A DNA stretch of 63,991 bases, filler included, from Porpidia crustulata (Eukaryota), in NCBI GenBank assembly GCA_964255105.1. It is 4 parts of 4 records of this genome, joined end to end, with 100 filler letters (N's around TTAATTAATTAA, not from the genome) between each part and the next. Parts side by side here need not be neighbours in the genome. Positions count along the whole stretch, not along the records: positions 16,229 to 32,353 come from CAXUWE010000271.1; positions 32,454 to 48,560 come from CAXUWE010000272.1; 2 more parts are not named here. One strand, 5' to 3'. The translations under genes and the position numbers were made by a program. Under the pieces are notes generated by a model. The model was not told the DNA's origin. It was given only the letters and a program-made list of their open reading frames with translations, and did not search any database. Shown here piece by piece: positions 24,654 through 37,471 of this stretch. Position 1 is the stretch's first letter; each line of letters starts with the position of its first letter.

Positions 24654-25966
24654 GGGCACGACCTTGCTGGCCATGATCTCCGAAATTCATTCACCGTGGC
24701 ATCTACGCTCCATAGGCCTCTATAGCATAGATAAGAATCAGTATACCGCTCCGCCAAAAATGCGCATGGATGATGGTGCAATGCGTTTCATTTGACAGGA
24801 AGATGTAGTTGATGGGTGAGACGCGTAGATTACGTCTATTCCCGAGCTAGTGAAACTAGCGCTGTCTAAAATACGAAGCAGAAACCCAAGGACCACATCT
24901 ACATACAACATCTTACATACTCTTCCATCACCTATGCAGTATCCTACATTCTTGTTTATCGATTCCTCTACTTATCGTCTTAGCAATTATGTGCATCCTA
25001 AAATTGCTAATTTCATCAACCCTGATTTTGGAGGGAGACTGCCTCCCCTATGCCCAATGACTCTACCACGACTCACAGCTACTCTACCACAAGCAGCCTA
25101 TGGCCCCGCAGGTGTATTTCCGCAGATGATTGCTGGGAACGCTCTGTCAGCAGATCCCTTCAGCGCTGCTGTATGTCGTAGGTCCTCAGATCCTCTGGCG
25201 CCTGATGCTGGTTCCCCTGAATTACTTCTTTCCTCATACACATATCACCTGCTGAGGTCTGACGTGGTCGCGTTTATCTGCAACTCTATATAAACGGTCC
25301 CATCTTCTGCCATGGTACTGTCAAGATGAACTATGTCGAGTAAGAGAAGAGCCTGCGATGCTGCTATAGATCGTTGAGCCGATCTTGCTCCACAGTGATG
25401 TGGTACTAATAGTCCGCTAAGCGCATCTGAGTTTGACATATACTTAAGATAAAGCCAGACAATAGTGAAAGTCTCGGTGGACATGACTCTTGACGTTGCT
25501 CGGTCTGCACGTTTCAGGCAGCGCTGTCCACAATGATCTTAACGTTACCGGAGTCCTAAAAGACATGGATGTAGTGTTGTGATTTTATGTTCGCTCAGAG
25601 AGCAGCTAAGGCATGTTTTTTTCTCTCCGTCAGCTGAATCTGTACGTTCCGGAGACGTTTTATAGCAACTATATACGCATCCTCGAGAAGAGATCGAGAA
25701 GAGAGATCTTGATGCAAGCTTCTGTCTTCAGATTTGGCCACATAGTAAGAAGCATCATTGAGTCTGTTCTTTCTGTCTTCGGAATTGTCGGAGGTTGGAG
25801 ATTGTTTCGCACAAATATGAGATCATCATGCGGAAAGAAGAGACTAATGTCTTCTTGTAATTTCGGATTTTACCAAATGGTAATCGAAGTATCAACAAGT
25901 TTTTCCCTTGAGTTTGCGAGACTCGTAGGTTCCTAGCATATGTTTATTGCGTCGCTATATCAGGAG

Positions 25967-26002
25967 TACTCTTTTACAAGATACTCCTTTACAAGATACT
26001 CC
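25967..26002. repeat. 15-bp tandem repeat, about 2.4 copies
   Basis: tactcttttacaaga tactcctttacaaga tactcc. Confidence 0.75.
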
Positions 26003-27047
26003 TCGTCGCACGACTTCACATTTTCGACTTTAGTGGCATTTGCTACTTATGTGATGTCTGAAAGGAAACACAAGCCATGATATCGTGAAATTGTGAAATG
26101 GGTGACTTATAAAAGTTCATGCCGTACGAAAACCGATGCTTTGGATTAGGAATATTCGAGACTTTGTCACTTTGCACATCATCTTACAAGAGCATTTGTC
26201 TCGCACCCCAAGCTCTCAACAATATTGTCCACTTTCTCTCCGAATCCTGCGATATCGAGATTTTTATTTTTCGACACCATGCCATCGTTTGACAGATAAG
26301 GGAGATATTACTTTGCTTGATATACTGACGTCTGCAAAGTCCGATGAATTATCAATCTTGTCTACGAGAACGAAAGTATATATAGATTCCTTGTTAGTAT
26401 TAGCATTTCCGGTAAATGCTGCTTGTATACTGAAATATTTTTCCTTGTTCCTGATTTCGACAGAAATCTTGAAGAGAAAGAAGGGAAAGAGTACTCTCGG
26501 GGATAATTTCCTGTCTGTAACTGCATACTGGGTTTTCTAAAGAAGTGAAGGTCTTCGCGACCTGGAAGTTTGGGTTGTTGTCGTCGTAATTTATGTCGTT
26601 GCTGCGAAACGATCAATCAACTTTATGTTGACGGCGGGCGCGTTTTTGAAGTATTGCATACTCGTACGACTGTTCTGAGATACCAGCGTTCTCCTGTAGA
26701 GCCATTTCGAGTATACTTCTTTGACTTCAAGCAGCACGTGGTACATGTCCTCTGTGCTACCTTCAGCTTGCACATAAGTCGATGGATTGTAAATAAGTGG
26801 ATTGCAGATAAGAAGATTGATACAGAGATCATTGAGAGCTTAGCAGCTGATAATGGTGTGAAGTACCGCAAATTCGTACATCTATCTCGGAGATTTCCCG
26901 GTTTCAGGCCAACTTTCTTCCTGAGAGCCAGTTCAAGCATTCGTTTTCAGCTTCCCGCAGCACTCCGTATGTCTTTAATCTCTTTTTTCCTTCAGATTGC
27001 ACGTAAGCTCACAGATCGTAGTTGAGTAGGTCGATATGGAGACCATT

Positions 27048-27259
27048 TAGAGCTCCGAGTCGGTGAGATTTCTTTCACTCGAGTTTGCCTGGACACTGAA
27101 CGTCCGAGTTCATAAAGATCTTTGACAATCTATGTTCTTGATCATAATGACAAGAAATCAGACTCTGCGGTCTAGAGCTTTAGACCGGTGAGATTACTCT
27201 CACTTCAGTCTGCCTGAAGACTGAACGTCCGTTCTCTGGGAGCTCATAGAGATTTTTGA
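27048..27259 (+). repeat. Diverged direct repeat, about 80 bp x2 (27048-27125 and 27173-27259)
   Basis: tagagct..cggtgagatt..tcact..tgcctg..actgaacgtccg..tcata..tttga present in both copies. Confidence 0.8.
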
Positions 27260-30200
27260 GAAAGAAACCAAGAGGCTCCGGATAAACAAGTCAATACAAA
27301 GGGGAATATGCTTCATGAAACGATAGCCGCAGAAACAGCCAAGGAACTTTATGCTAGGATCAATCGCAGACACAAAACACTTGTCGTTATCAAGAATATA
27401 GATTGTCAATCATTTTGTAGTGATCTCGTTCTTCCATTATTTTGATATTCTCAGCTTCTATATGATCTGGTAACCACGGTATTATATATCATTATTCTAA
27501 TCCGCTGTCACTTCATGTCTTTCTGAATTTGCTTCGAACTCATCTGTCCGCCCGAGGTTTCGATGGTTATATAGACTTATGAAAGAAGCGTGGTGGACCG
27601 AGTCGCATTTCATTCAACGCATAAGTTTCCGTCGATGAATAATCTGCAAATGCTGTTAAAGATGCAACAGTATGTTGATCATGATCTATAAACTATTGGA
27701 TTCCACTGCTTTTTTGAGGTTTGAAAAAAAGTAGAACGAATGTATTGTGTATAGATTCATGTCTAGTCGTGCAGAGTAGTTTTAGAATCAAAGTGCAGAG
27801 TATTAAATTAGAGGTCTGTCGGCGTGTAGCTTTGATTCAAAAGTAAATAGTTTTTAATTACTATCTGGTAAGTGATAACGAATGTGTGTCTCTTCACTTC
27901 TCTTCCGGCTCGTGGTTGGAAGGTACAGTCTCGGAGAAATCAATTCCTGTGAGAATCGCACACTCGGCACTTGGATACAGAAGATGATTCAGGTAGTTTA
28001 GAAGTATCAGGATATGTAGATAAATATCTGTAGAGCTTTGAAGTAGTATATGTAGGAGTAATACCTGATAAGGCTGAGATCTGTGAGACCGGTAGTCGAA
28101 TAGTATAGGCACAAGGTTATAACGTTGATGCAGGTTTTTAGGACACGCGCCATCACCCAGGTGTATTATAGTGCTTCTTGATTCCTAATTCGAGAGCTTC
28201 GGCTTGTGTAGCTTGTGCGGGTGATAATTGGTAAGCTCCAAGTCTTTGAAATTCTATGATGATCGTAGTAGCATTCACATCCCACGAGGAATTACTTCTG
28301 TACGATTTGCATCTAGGACTGGAAGATCTGGAGATTCAAGCCTTATACACGCCAGTGAGCAATTCAGAAACGAACAAATAAGTCTTCGTCGGTATCACGG
28401 CCGCACCTAAGCCCGACTTCAATCATGTAAATGTGGGAAGTGCGGAAATTTCTGCTTCTGATTGAGTCGTGATGGGCAGTGCGAAATTGGTCTCCGTAAC
28501 AACTTTCCTAAGTATAGCTCAACAACCTAGCGGGAGATGAGTCTTTTCGATCTCTTCCGAGTCTCTGCTAACAGGAGAATATGAGTAGGATCTTTGGACG
28601 ATACTTGAGATCTACTGAGCTGAGACGCTCGAGATGTATATATAATGTTCGCGGTGAGCCTCCGGCTTTATCGTCTTGTTGATCTAATCGATGACGGGTT
28701 AAATGACTTCTGCTATCTTGATCCTACGTATATGGTTCTCATCGTAAATTAGAATGCGTAGATATTGCTTATTTGATGATTCGTCTTATATTACGCGCTC
28801 TCGTATGTCGGTCAAGGATAATCAGGAGAGCAGTCTCCCTTGCATTCATTCGTTCATTAAGAGACAAATCATTTCCGTATGAGAATTGACTTTGAAATAA
28901 CTCCTTAAAAACTATTAGATATGGCGACAGATGTAAAGCGCGAGAAGAAGCAGCCAAGTGACTCTTGAAGACCAATATCGTTCTTTCCATCTAACACCGT
29001 GAGAGGTCGAATCTTGGGCATGGTTCCTAGCAAATTCTCCCTTAGTTCTTTCCTTGTCCAGACTTTCGAAACATCAATGCGTTCATGGCACAGTCGTGTT
29101 TAAATCTGTAAACCAATTTTCAAAATCGTGTTAGGCTATCTCCAGTTTTTTGAGTCTCAACTCCCAACCGAAAAGCAGCATGTTGAATCATTGCGGACGT
29201 TATTTAAGATTATTCAAACCCTTATTTCTCGAGAAGTTCATTTCGGACGCCAAGTCTCTTCAAATTAGCCAATCTCTGGATCGGCAAACCATTTCTCGAA
29301 GACGACGTAGGCTACCCGGCTATCCTCATGTCTCTACCTCGTCAATTTCGTTTGAATGGCCATGGATCAAAACTGAAGTGATGGTTTCGAGTAAAGCTCG
29401 GTCTTCCTTAGCTCGAAGACGAAGATCCAAGTCGTCTCAGCGCTCAAAGAGCTTACAAGAGGATAACGATCTTTGCTGGACGATTCGGGTTTTTGGCATC
29501 CTTCATGCACGAGGGCGATAGTCCTTGTAGTCGATAATGTGTGCTTTGGAAAGCTATTATGGAAGTGATCGTACAATCACTGCGACATTTGCGAACGTCC
29601 TCCTTCGATCTAGCCGGCTGGGTACGAAGTAACAGTATCGTTTAACTTGGTAGATTGCAGGGACCAATAGCGAGGACTGTTTCTGGATACTCAGCAGACC
29701 AAACTCTGTGACGCCTTCCTGTGTCTGACAAGCAGATTGAAGGGCAATGGATTGGCAGAGAGAGCCATGCGAGTTAAGTCGGACCCTCAAGCACAGGCAG
29801 CGCGGCTCCCCATTAGCCAGGAAGATGTCATCATGGCGTCGGTGATGGCGATCTTGCTCTAACAAGAACTATGAGATTTATGTGACCCTACTATCAATCT
29901 GGAAGTACTCTTGCAAGCTGTCTAGATCCTTCTGTAGAAGCTCCTACGACTGGACTGGTCAGTAAAGGACTCTGACACGATCTCCCATGGGTGTAGTCTA
30001 GAGATATACCTCTATTAGCTATCACTTGTAGACAAATGCTATTGAAGCTATTGTGATGTTAATGCGAACATTCGATTGGAGTGTCATCTTTGCTTCAAGA
30101 ACCATGAAGTAGAGCATGATCCTATGACCACTGTAGGCAATAATACGTATCAATAGCATTCACCAGGCTAGGATCCCGCAAGTCCCAGAACTATAGCTGC

Positions 30201-31263
30201 TATACGAGACAGTATGTTATAACAATTTACTAGCATTCTATCAGTCGTCCATTATCACAAATTTTCAACCAACGATAGCCGTAGCCGGAAGACGCACCAG
30301 GGAGGCCTCGTAGGCTTCCCCCTCCACAACTGTATATTTCACTTCGATGGCCAGTGCATCAGCCTTCACAACTCATTCGCTATCCCCTTCCCCTTTGAAA
30401 CCCGAATGTGTAAATCAAATAAAAGGCGCATCCCCAAAACAGCAAGCACTACAGATTCAGCAGTATCAGACTCTGGACCCCTGAGCACAAAGACAATCAG
30501 TAGGGTAAAACAAGATACTCATCTGGGTCCATCCTTTTCAGCTTCACAGCACATCACCTTTACAAATCCCATGGGAGACCGCGGATGAAGCGTCTACCTT
30601 GCTTGTGCGTTCATGGTCAAGGGGATTAGAAAAGGGAGATGTGATCTATAGAAATTCAAAGAGGGCGCTGAGCGAGGATATTTCCTATTCCTCCTAGATA
30701 AAAGGGAGATCGCTGTTTAGGTTCCCCCTTAAGAGTCGCGGACGAAGACGCCCACCTTCAAACATCAAGGCAAGTCGCCTTAGATCGAAACGGTATGGGA
30801 CATTGGTCGGTTACTACGTCTTTCCCTCCAGGTCTATTTTTGTACATAATGGGAACGGCAGATAGACAGCGAATTCATGAGGATGCGTGGCAGATTGGCT
30901 TTGAGATTGCTAGTACACGTGAGTGAAGAGCATTTATTGTTGATACTGACGAAGAGATAGACTTGGCAGATGTGTAGAGAACGGGTGGTGTGAAGATGCA
31001 ATTGCCTCGGGCTTCACCTTGGTCGAGCTTACGGATACCTTTCGATGTTTTTGGTGACGCGCTTGATCTTCGGCCTCCACGTCAAGTGAGAGTAGGAAAG
31101 AACTTGAAATGAGCTCATAATATGTGGTGAACACTGCGCAGGAACTCCATTAGCTGAACATTGGCGCGTGGAAAAAGAGCAAACTCACAGAATACTAGCT
31201 AGAAAGTCGCTGGAAGAGCCATGATGGAATGGAGACTATTACTACAGTGCTATATATACAGTT

Positions 31264-32161
31264 CTAAACCACACGCTTGACCTGTTGCATGCGATTAGCC
31301 ATAGTGTTCGTATTCTCCGGTCCGGCACAGGGTCACATACCTCGAAAAACCGCTTTAGCCACCAGACTTGAAAGATACCCTCGCCTATCAAGACACCTAG
31401 CTGGAAAATACTCCACCACTTGACCCTGGCGTTTGTGCTCTCTGCAGTATTCCTATGCGTACGCTCTCTTACTATGATATATGATTGCTCATCCTTGACC
31501 TGGCTGAGGAGTTCCGTGAGTTGTTTCACTACAGTCATGTACCGGAGTCAGCTTTGCATCCCAAGCTCCAGCTTCCAAGCCTTCGTAGTTATTCCATAGC
31601 CAGGCTAGAGGCGACGTACCTTCGGCTTCTAGCGGATCAGACGGGATTTCCGACTCAGGCACGTAGACAATCCCATGGACATTGAAAGAAACCTCCTTTG
31701 TAGAAGAGCCCCAGTGATCGTTGCTAAAGCAGTAGCGATATTTGCCGTCGTAATCAGCGTCGAAAGAGTGATCGCCAGCGGAGAGACTTTGCTCATGGAC
31801 TTGGTAGGCATTGTTGGGATCTTGAATCTGGAGAGCACCAGAGAAAGTCGTCAGCTAAGTCTGCAATGATATCTTGGTAGTATGGTCTGCACTTATATGC
31901 GGAGCTCCAAAAACTACGAATTGAACTCCGGCATTGCAGCTATCAGAAGACACTTACCCAGAAGTCAATGTCTAGGTTACCAGCTCCTCCGAACTCGCGA
32001 TCTCCGACTTGAAAAGTGACCGTCATCTTGTCACCTTTGTGCAGCACCTCATGGAAGCATTCTCTCGAGTGCGCGCCGAGCTGGATGTTATGTGCCAGGA
32101 CTTGTCCAAATGACCAAGCCGCAATCGCCGCATACGTGGAGATCGTAGCAAAGGAAAACAT
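31264..32161 (-). CDS. EMP24: p24 family (GOLD domain) ER-Golgi cargo receptor, 4 exons
   Basis: Signal peptide, then HNIQLGAHSRECFHEVLHKGDKMTVTFQVGDREFGG; YIIVRERTHRNTAESTNARVKWWS; C-terminal LKRFFE|VKRVV; TAG 31264-31266. Confidence 0.95.
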
Positions 32162-32353
32162 GACTCCAGACGAGGAGGTAGCGAGCTCCGGGGTGGTAGG
32201 GTTTTGATATATGGAGGTGACGGGGAGTACGAGGTTTGCAATCTGGGCAATGATGGTCTGGCAGACGGCATGATTAGCCGACCCTAGCACGTGACCAATA
32301 GGAGTATTCCCGGGCCCGTGCACGTTCCGGTCCCGTGCACACCCTAAACCCGA

Positions 32354-32453
32354 NNNNNNNNNNNNNNNNNNNNNNNNNNNNNNNNNNNNNNNNNNNNTTA
32401 ATTAATTAANNNNNNNNNNNNNNNNNNNNNNNNNNNNNNNNNNNNNNNNNNNN
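32354..32453. other. Artificial contig linker
   Basis: N44-TTAATTAATTAA-N44. Confidence 0.98.
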
Positions 32454-32519
32454 CTAAAATAGTCATGCGTCTCCGTCGTGATCGCGTCCATAAATCATAA
32501 ATCTCACATCCCACACAAA

Positions 32520-35500
32520 TCATGCTGCCGTTCCATTCGCTTCATGAGGCGGAGGCGGCGGAGCTCGCGTGGGCGGAGAGCCTCCCGCCTGGTCAGTGGA
32601 GGTCTGTTCGGCCAATCTTAGATTCTTGAAATACCTCAACGTCTCCGGGTCCTCCCTTTCCAGCCTCGCCAGATCTTCCGCCGTCGCTCCGACGGCCTCG
32701 TACATCGCCGCGGGCCCTAGACGCTGGAAAGTCTCCTGGAGCTCATCGCCCCCGAGGCTCTCCAGTTTACTCCTTAGCAGCTGCAGGTGCTCCGCCTCTG
32801 GTTCCCCGCCCGTGGTTCCATGCGCGTAATCAAGCGTCTGCGGTCTAAGCAGGTCTCGCCTCATGCGTTGCCCCAGGCGGTGCATGCGGCCTTCCTCTTG
32901 CGCCTGGCGGGATGCAAGAGAGATGTCGGAGCCGCGGCGGGAGATGGGGGTTCTCATGACTTCGTCAGGTTCCGAATCGTCAAGGTACACGGGTTCCGAA
33001 TTTGAGATTCTGCGGTCGGATTTGACGGTGGTAATGACCGAGGTGTGCTCAAGCGAGGAAGGATTATCGCCGGTGTCGGAGAAATATTGGAAGGTGGTAT
33101 TTGGGGGTTGAATGCGGGTTTCAGGGTATTCGTCCTCGAAACGGAGGATCATTCGTTCCAGTGTTCTGTCGAGAAATTGGAGACGCACTTCAAAAGATAG
33201 TTAGCTAGATGTAGCAATAATCCTGGCTCTGGGGGAGCCAACTTACAGTAGCTCATTTCATCGCCAGCTCTGGCTTCTCGAACCAAAGCTGGTTGCAGTC
33301 TCGCCCTGATCTTTCTCGCGCTATCGAGGAGGTTCTTCGACATTTCCTTAGCTTTGCCTTTAACGGTGGCGTCCCCCTGCGAGGGCTTCCTTGGAGTTAC
33401 CGAGCCGCTTCCACTCGGTGACATGTCACGCCAGCCTTTGCGAAGGTCGGCTGCTCTGTTCAGGCAAACGCCTAGCGCCTTAACAACGCCTGTTCCGCCG
33501 ACGATGTAATCATCGTCGGGTGCTGGCTCGTCCTCGGAATACCCATCGACATTGCCGACAATATGTAACAATACATCAGGTACTGTTACTGGCTTCTCGA
33601 CTGCGTCACTCGCGATGCCAGGTCCAGAATCAATTCCATTCACTTCATTGACAGGGATACGCTCCAGGTTTCGCAGAGAGTATGCAACAACTTGCTTAGC
33701 CAGAGCTTTGACCACTTCGCTAGAATCTTGACTTGGAATGTCGATGTCAAGACAGATTATGCTTTTTGAGACTCGTACTGCGGCCATCAAGGAAGCGTAA
33801 AGTGCACAAGATTCTTCTTGGCTAGTTTCGTCCTTTGCCGATGCGAGGGGTGTCAACAGGTGGTTTTCTAGGATGTTCACGTGGGCGAGACTTTTGTTTT
33901 CCGGTAATATCTCAGCTAGAGCTATTGCATGCTCAGGCGTCATTGCAACGTCGAGAAGATGGATACGTTTGAGGGTAGGAAATTGAGGTAGGTACTTGCG
34001 GAACAGCCCGAGGGCATTCGGTCGCGTGGCAAAGAGATCTCGATTGTGGGACAGATCGATAAAGCGGAAGTTTGGGAGTCGCACAAGTGTAGGAAACAAT
34101 GCTACGAGCGACGACGGCGACAGATTGCAGTCCGCAAGACTGAGTGCGTACAGAGGGTTCTTGTCGTCTAGACACCCCGCCAGCATACCCAGGTCGTCAC
34201 GAAGATTGTTGCCACCCAAATCTAAGCCCTCACATTTTCCTACTTTCACGAAACGAAGAACATGGCGAAAACCTTCGCGCGTCATGTTGTTGCTGGCAAG
34301 GCCTAGCCTAGTGAGACCGCATTGGATGACACCATCAACGACCTGTCCGATACAGTCTGTATCTAAGCCACATTCGGCCAGGACGAGCTCCTCGAGCCGG
34401 GAGCCACCGAGCCTCTCGGTCACAGCTCTCCGAAGAAGTGTTGGTATATCTGCTGGTAGATTATGGCCACTCTGTGCACCAGTCGAGGGTAGTACGGATG
34501 GAACACACGGTATCATGGAGAGATCTAGAGCTTTGAGAGATTTCGACATGTAGATGAACAGGCCTATATGTCGCCAGCCTTCACGACCAATCTTAGGATT
34601 ATTCTTCAAAGATAGCTTCTCAATCACACCAGATTGCTCTACTTTTGCCGCTGACTGGCCCTTGCTTTTTTTAGTCAACCGTTTGTTATATCGTGCCTGT
34701 TCTACAGTTTTGGCTGCAATAAGACCGGCAAGAATAACGCGAATACCCTCATCGGTCAGACCGCAGTCTTCGAGGATTAATTTCTTTGTAGGTACGACGG
34801 CCAAATAGTCACCCAGGGTAATGATGTCTGGCAGCTGCATGCTGAAACCCGAGAGATCCAGACACGATATTATACCTGGGGTTGCGGCATGACAAGCAGA
34901 CGGCGATGAAATCTGCTCTGTGATTCGCTTTAAGATAGGGGTCTCTCTTAGTTGACAACACCGGCGGTAAATCCGTAGAGGGTCTGTTGTAGGCCGATCT
35001 TGAGATTTCTGTGGCGTATGGGTGCCGGACGAAGAATCGATCGTGCCGGTGCTACTACCCTCTCGCCTTAATTCCGCCGGAACTGAACCGTTGGCCAGGG
35101 CCTCGGAGTGTCTCCGTTCTTTCCTGTCTTTACGCTCCTCTTCAGAACGCTTCTTCTTTTCTTTCCTCCGACTAACATCCTTGGTCGAATTTTGGGCTGT
35201 GCCATCGGATGCCTGGAGCTCTCGGGACCCAAGATGCTCTCCACTGGCTTTAACGACGCGGTCTGCCTCCTTCTCTTGGGCAACCGTCTGGGGATTTTTC
35301 AGCGCAGCACCTTCGCTGATCTTCAGCTTCTTGTCCTTCCGCTTCTTGATCTCTATTTGATTCTCCAATTGAGTCAAACTTGGTCTTCTCCCCGGAAGTG
35401 GTGGCGACGGAAGTGGTATCCCATCGTCCTCTTCCTCGGTATACTTGGCGGGTGCAGCAATCTCAACATCAACACAGAAGGCTACCCTTCGTAGTTTTGC

Positions 35501-36291
35501 TGGCTCGAGCTCTGGGATGCGACATCTTTCCCGATGGGGGTCGAGATTCATGGTTTTCCTTGGGCACAAACCACCAGAGCCCGGAGCTTTGCCCACATTG
35601 GCTGGGCTAGTGTATGATAAGCGGCGGAGGGCATTCTGTATGAATGAGGGATGACCAGATTTAGGAGACTGGGATCCTGGCGGTGTTGAGGCGTCTGACC
35701 TTTTCACATCTTTTGCACTTGACGGGACGGCAGCTCCGAAGGGATTATTCTGTTCCGCCTGCGGACTTTGGGCTAATTTGGAAGGTGTAGGCGAGATTGG
35801 GGTAGGGTTCCCGGCAGGAGGGTTTGAAGCAGAGGAGAATTTGGAACTGATACTGGACATCCAGGAATTCCGCCTTCCAGGAGAGTGCTGAGGTGTCAGT
35901 CTAGGATCCTTGTGATTCTTGGCAGCTGACGCATTGGGAGATCCAAAGCCCTCGGTACTTGCGCGATTGATATAGGGCGGTCGGTGGAGTAAATGGTGCT
36001 GTGACTGTGACGCGCCATTTTGTTGGGGCATATGTTGAACGCTATGCTCTTGATGATCTTCTACGTCCGAAGTCCCCTCAACTTCATGAACGGTCGAGCC
36101 ATCATGCCTTGCAGTTGGGCTACTCGCAGTCTTCAGGAGGTGATTGTCTATGTCATATAAGTATTAGCATCATGAGGTAGAAGAAGCAATGGGTAAACAG
36201 CTCAATCTTCAGGATCGAGAGCGAAATCCCTCAATGTACCTCTCTGTGAGTGATGAAGCCAGCTAACGTCGACTCCATGCATGCCCTCCAT
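32520..36291 (-). CDS. MHP1: Mhp1/Gip3-like leucine-rich-repeat (RNI-like) protein, 3 exons
   Basis: Exon 1 MEGMHGVDVSWLHHS (ATG 36291); LRRVAFCVDVEIA (RVxF PP1-docking motif); IYRRCCQLRETPIL; LRR units (LEELVLAECGL, LDLGGNNL, FIDLSHN). Confidence 0.85.
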
Positions 36292-37471
36292 GGTGATTGG
36301 CTCAGTGGGTCAGCGAATTCCTCGGTATGAAAGCTTCAAGGATTGGCAGCAGCAGTAGGGCAGTTGAACGGCAGGGTCTATCGGGTGGAGCTGTTATCGG
36401 ATACCCTGGGGCATGTCGTAAAATGGCCTGTGCAGTAAAGTCACGCAGAATCCGCAGTCGAGAGCTCGTACATCGTGGCAGTGTGATTAGAACAAGCGCT
36501 CTGAAGCGGTCACATACTTGCTCCACGTATTACTGATGAGCAATCATATATGATATCGGGGGAGGCGAAGAGTCCAAACGGTCAGGCCGAGGACAGGCGA
36601 GGCGACGGGAGAGCGGGGCAGTCGTTCCTTGGCTTCAGACTGACAGGACGTTGATGCGTCGCGGGCATTATTGGTGATCCAACATATTTTTATTTACTCA
36701 TAAATTTGTCTGTTCAGTGGATGACTTTTATCGTCTGCCACTTGACTGCCCGCTTATTTTAATTAATAATCCAACATACCCACGAGATTTCAATCTCTTC
36801 CGATAATAGTGACACTCCAAGTCCGACGCCCGGGGAGCAATCCAGATTGGTCAGCGCACGCATCCACAACTTTTGGCTGCAGAACGCAAACTTTGGTGCT
36901 TCTCAAGCTGTCACATAAATGCGGGACAGATTGGAGAGAAAAGCCATATCTCCTGCAAAAATCTAGCGTTCGAACCTAAGGATATGGAGACACTGTAATC
37001 ATGAACGTTTGTCGTTGGAGGTGGTCGCTATGATGCTGGAGGGCAGCATGAGCTTTTCATTCTATGCTCAGAACATTGGCCGTGGAAATCCTACATTTCG
37101 AGTGACAGACTACGAAGACAAATATGTATCGTACATTCTACCCTGGAGTCCCATGGTCCACCAGGTCTTTGGCAGCCACATGGCCATTATCCTACAGATC
37201 TATTTATTAAGAGGAGGTGCCATGATCCCCCATGAAAACTCTCTGATAGCCTGCATTCCGCCCGTTAGCCTGTACTATGATGCACCAGAGCAAAAATATC
37301 TTCGGATTATTGGAACTCCCTAGCTGAATTCTCCCATCGCCTGCACGGTCCAATCGATTATGGACGAGCTACTTATTAGAAGCTGTCGGACTCTGTTGAG
37401 CTCTCATCTTGCGATTCCCGTACGGAACTTTCGTCTGCATATGTCTCTGAATTTGATCGGCTACATTTCTC

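Noticed and set aside
32338..32353. Telomere- or telomerase-template-like CACCCTAAACCC at a contig end (also GGGTTAGGGG near 16235)
   Set aside because: Single imperfect units, no tandem TTAGGG array and no supporting RNA structure.
36968..36976. GTTCGAACC B-box-like motif suggesting a tRNA
   Set aside because: No cloverleaf, acceptor stem or A box around it.
37009..37323. 104-aa ORF between MHP1 and the GTPase
   Set aside because: TTG start, no recognisable motif or splice support; within chance length.
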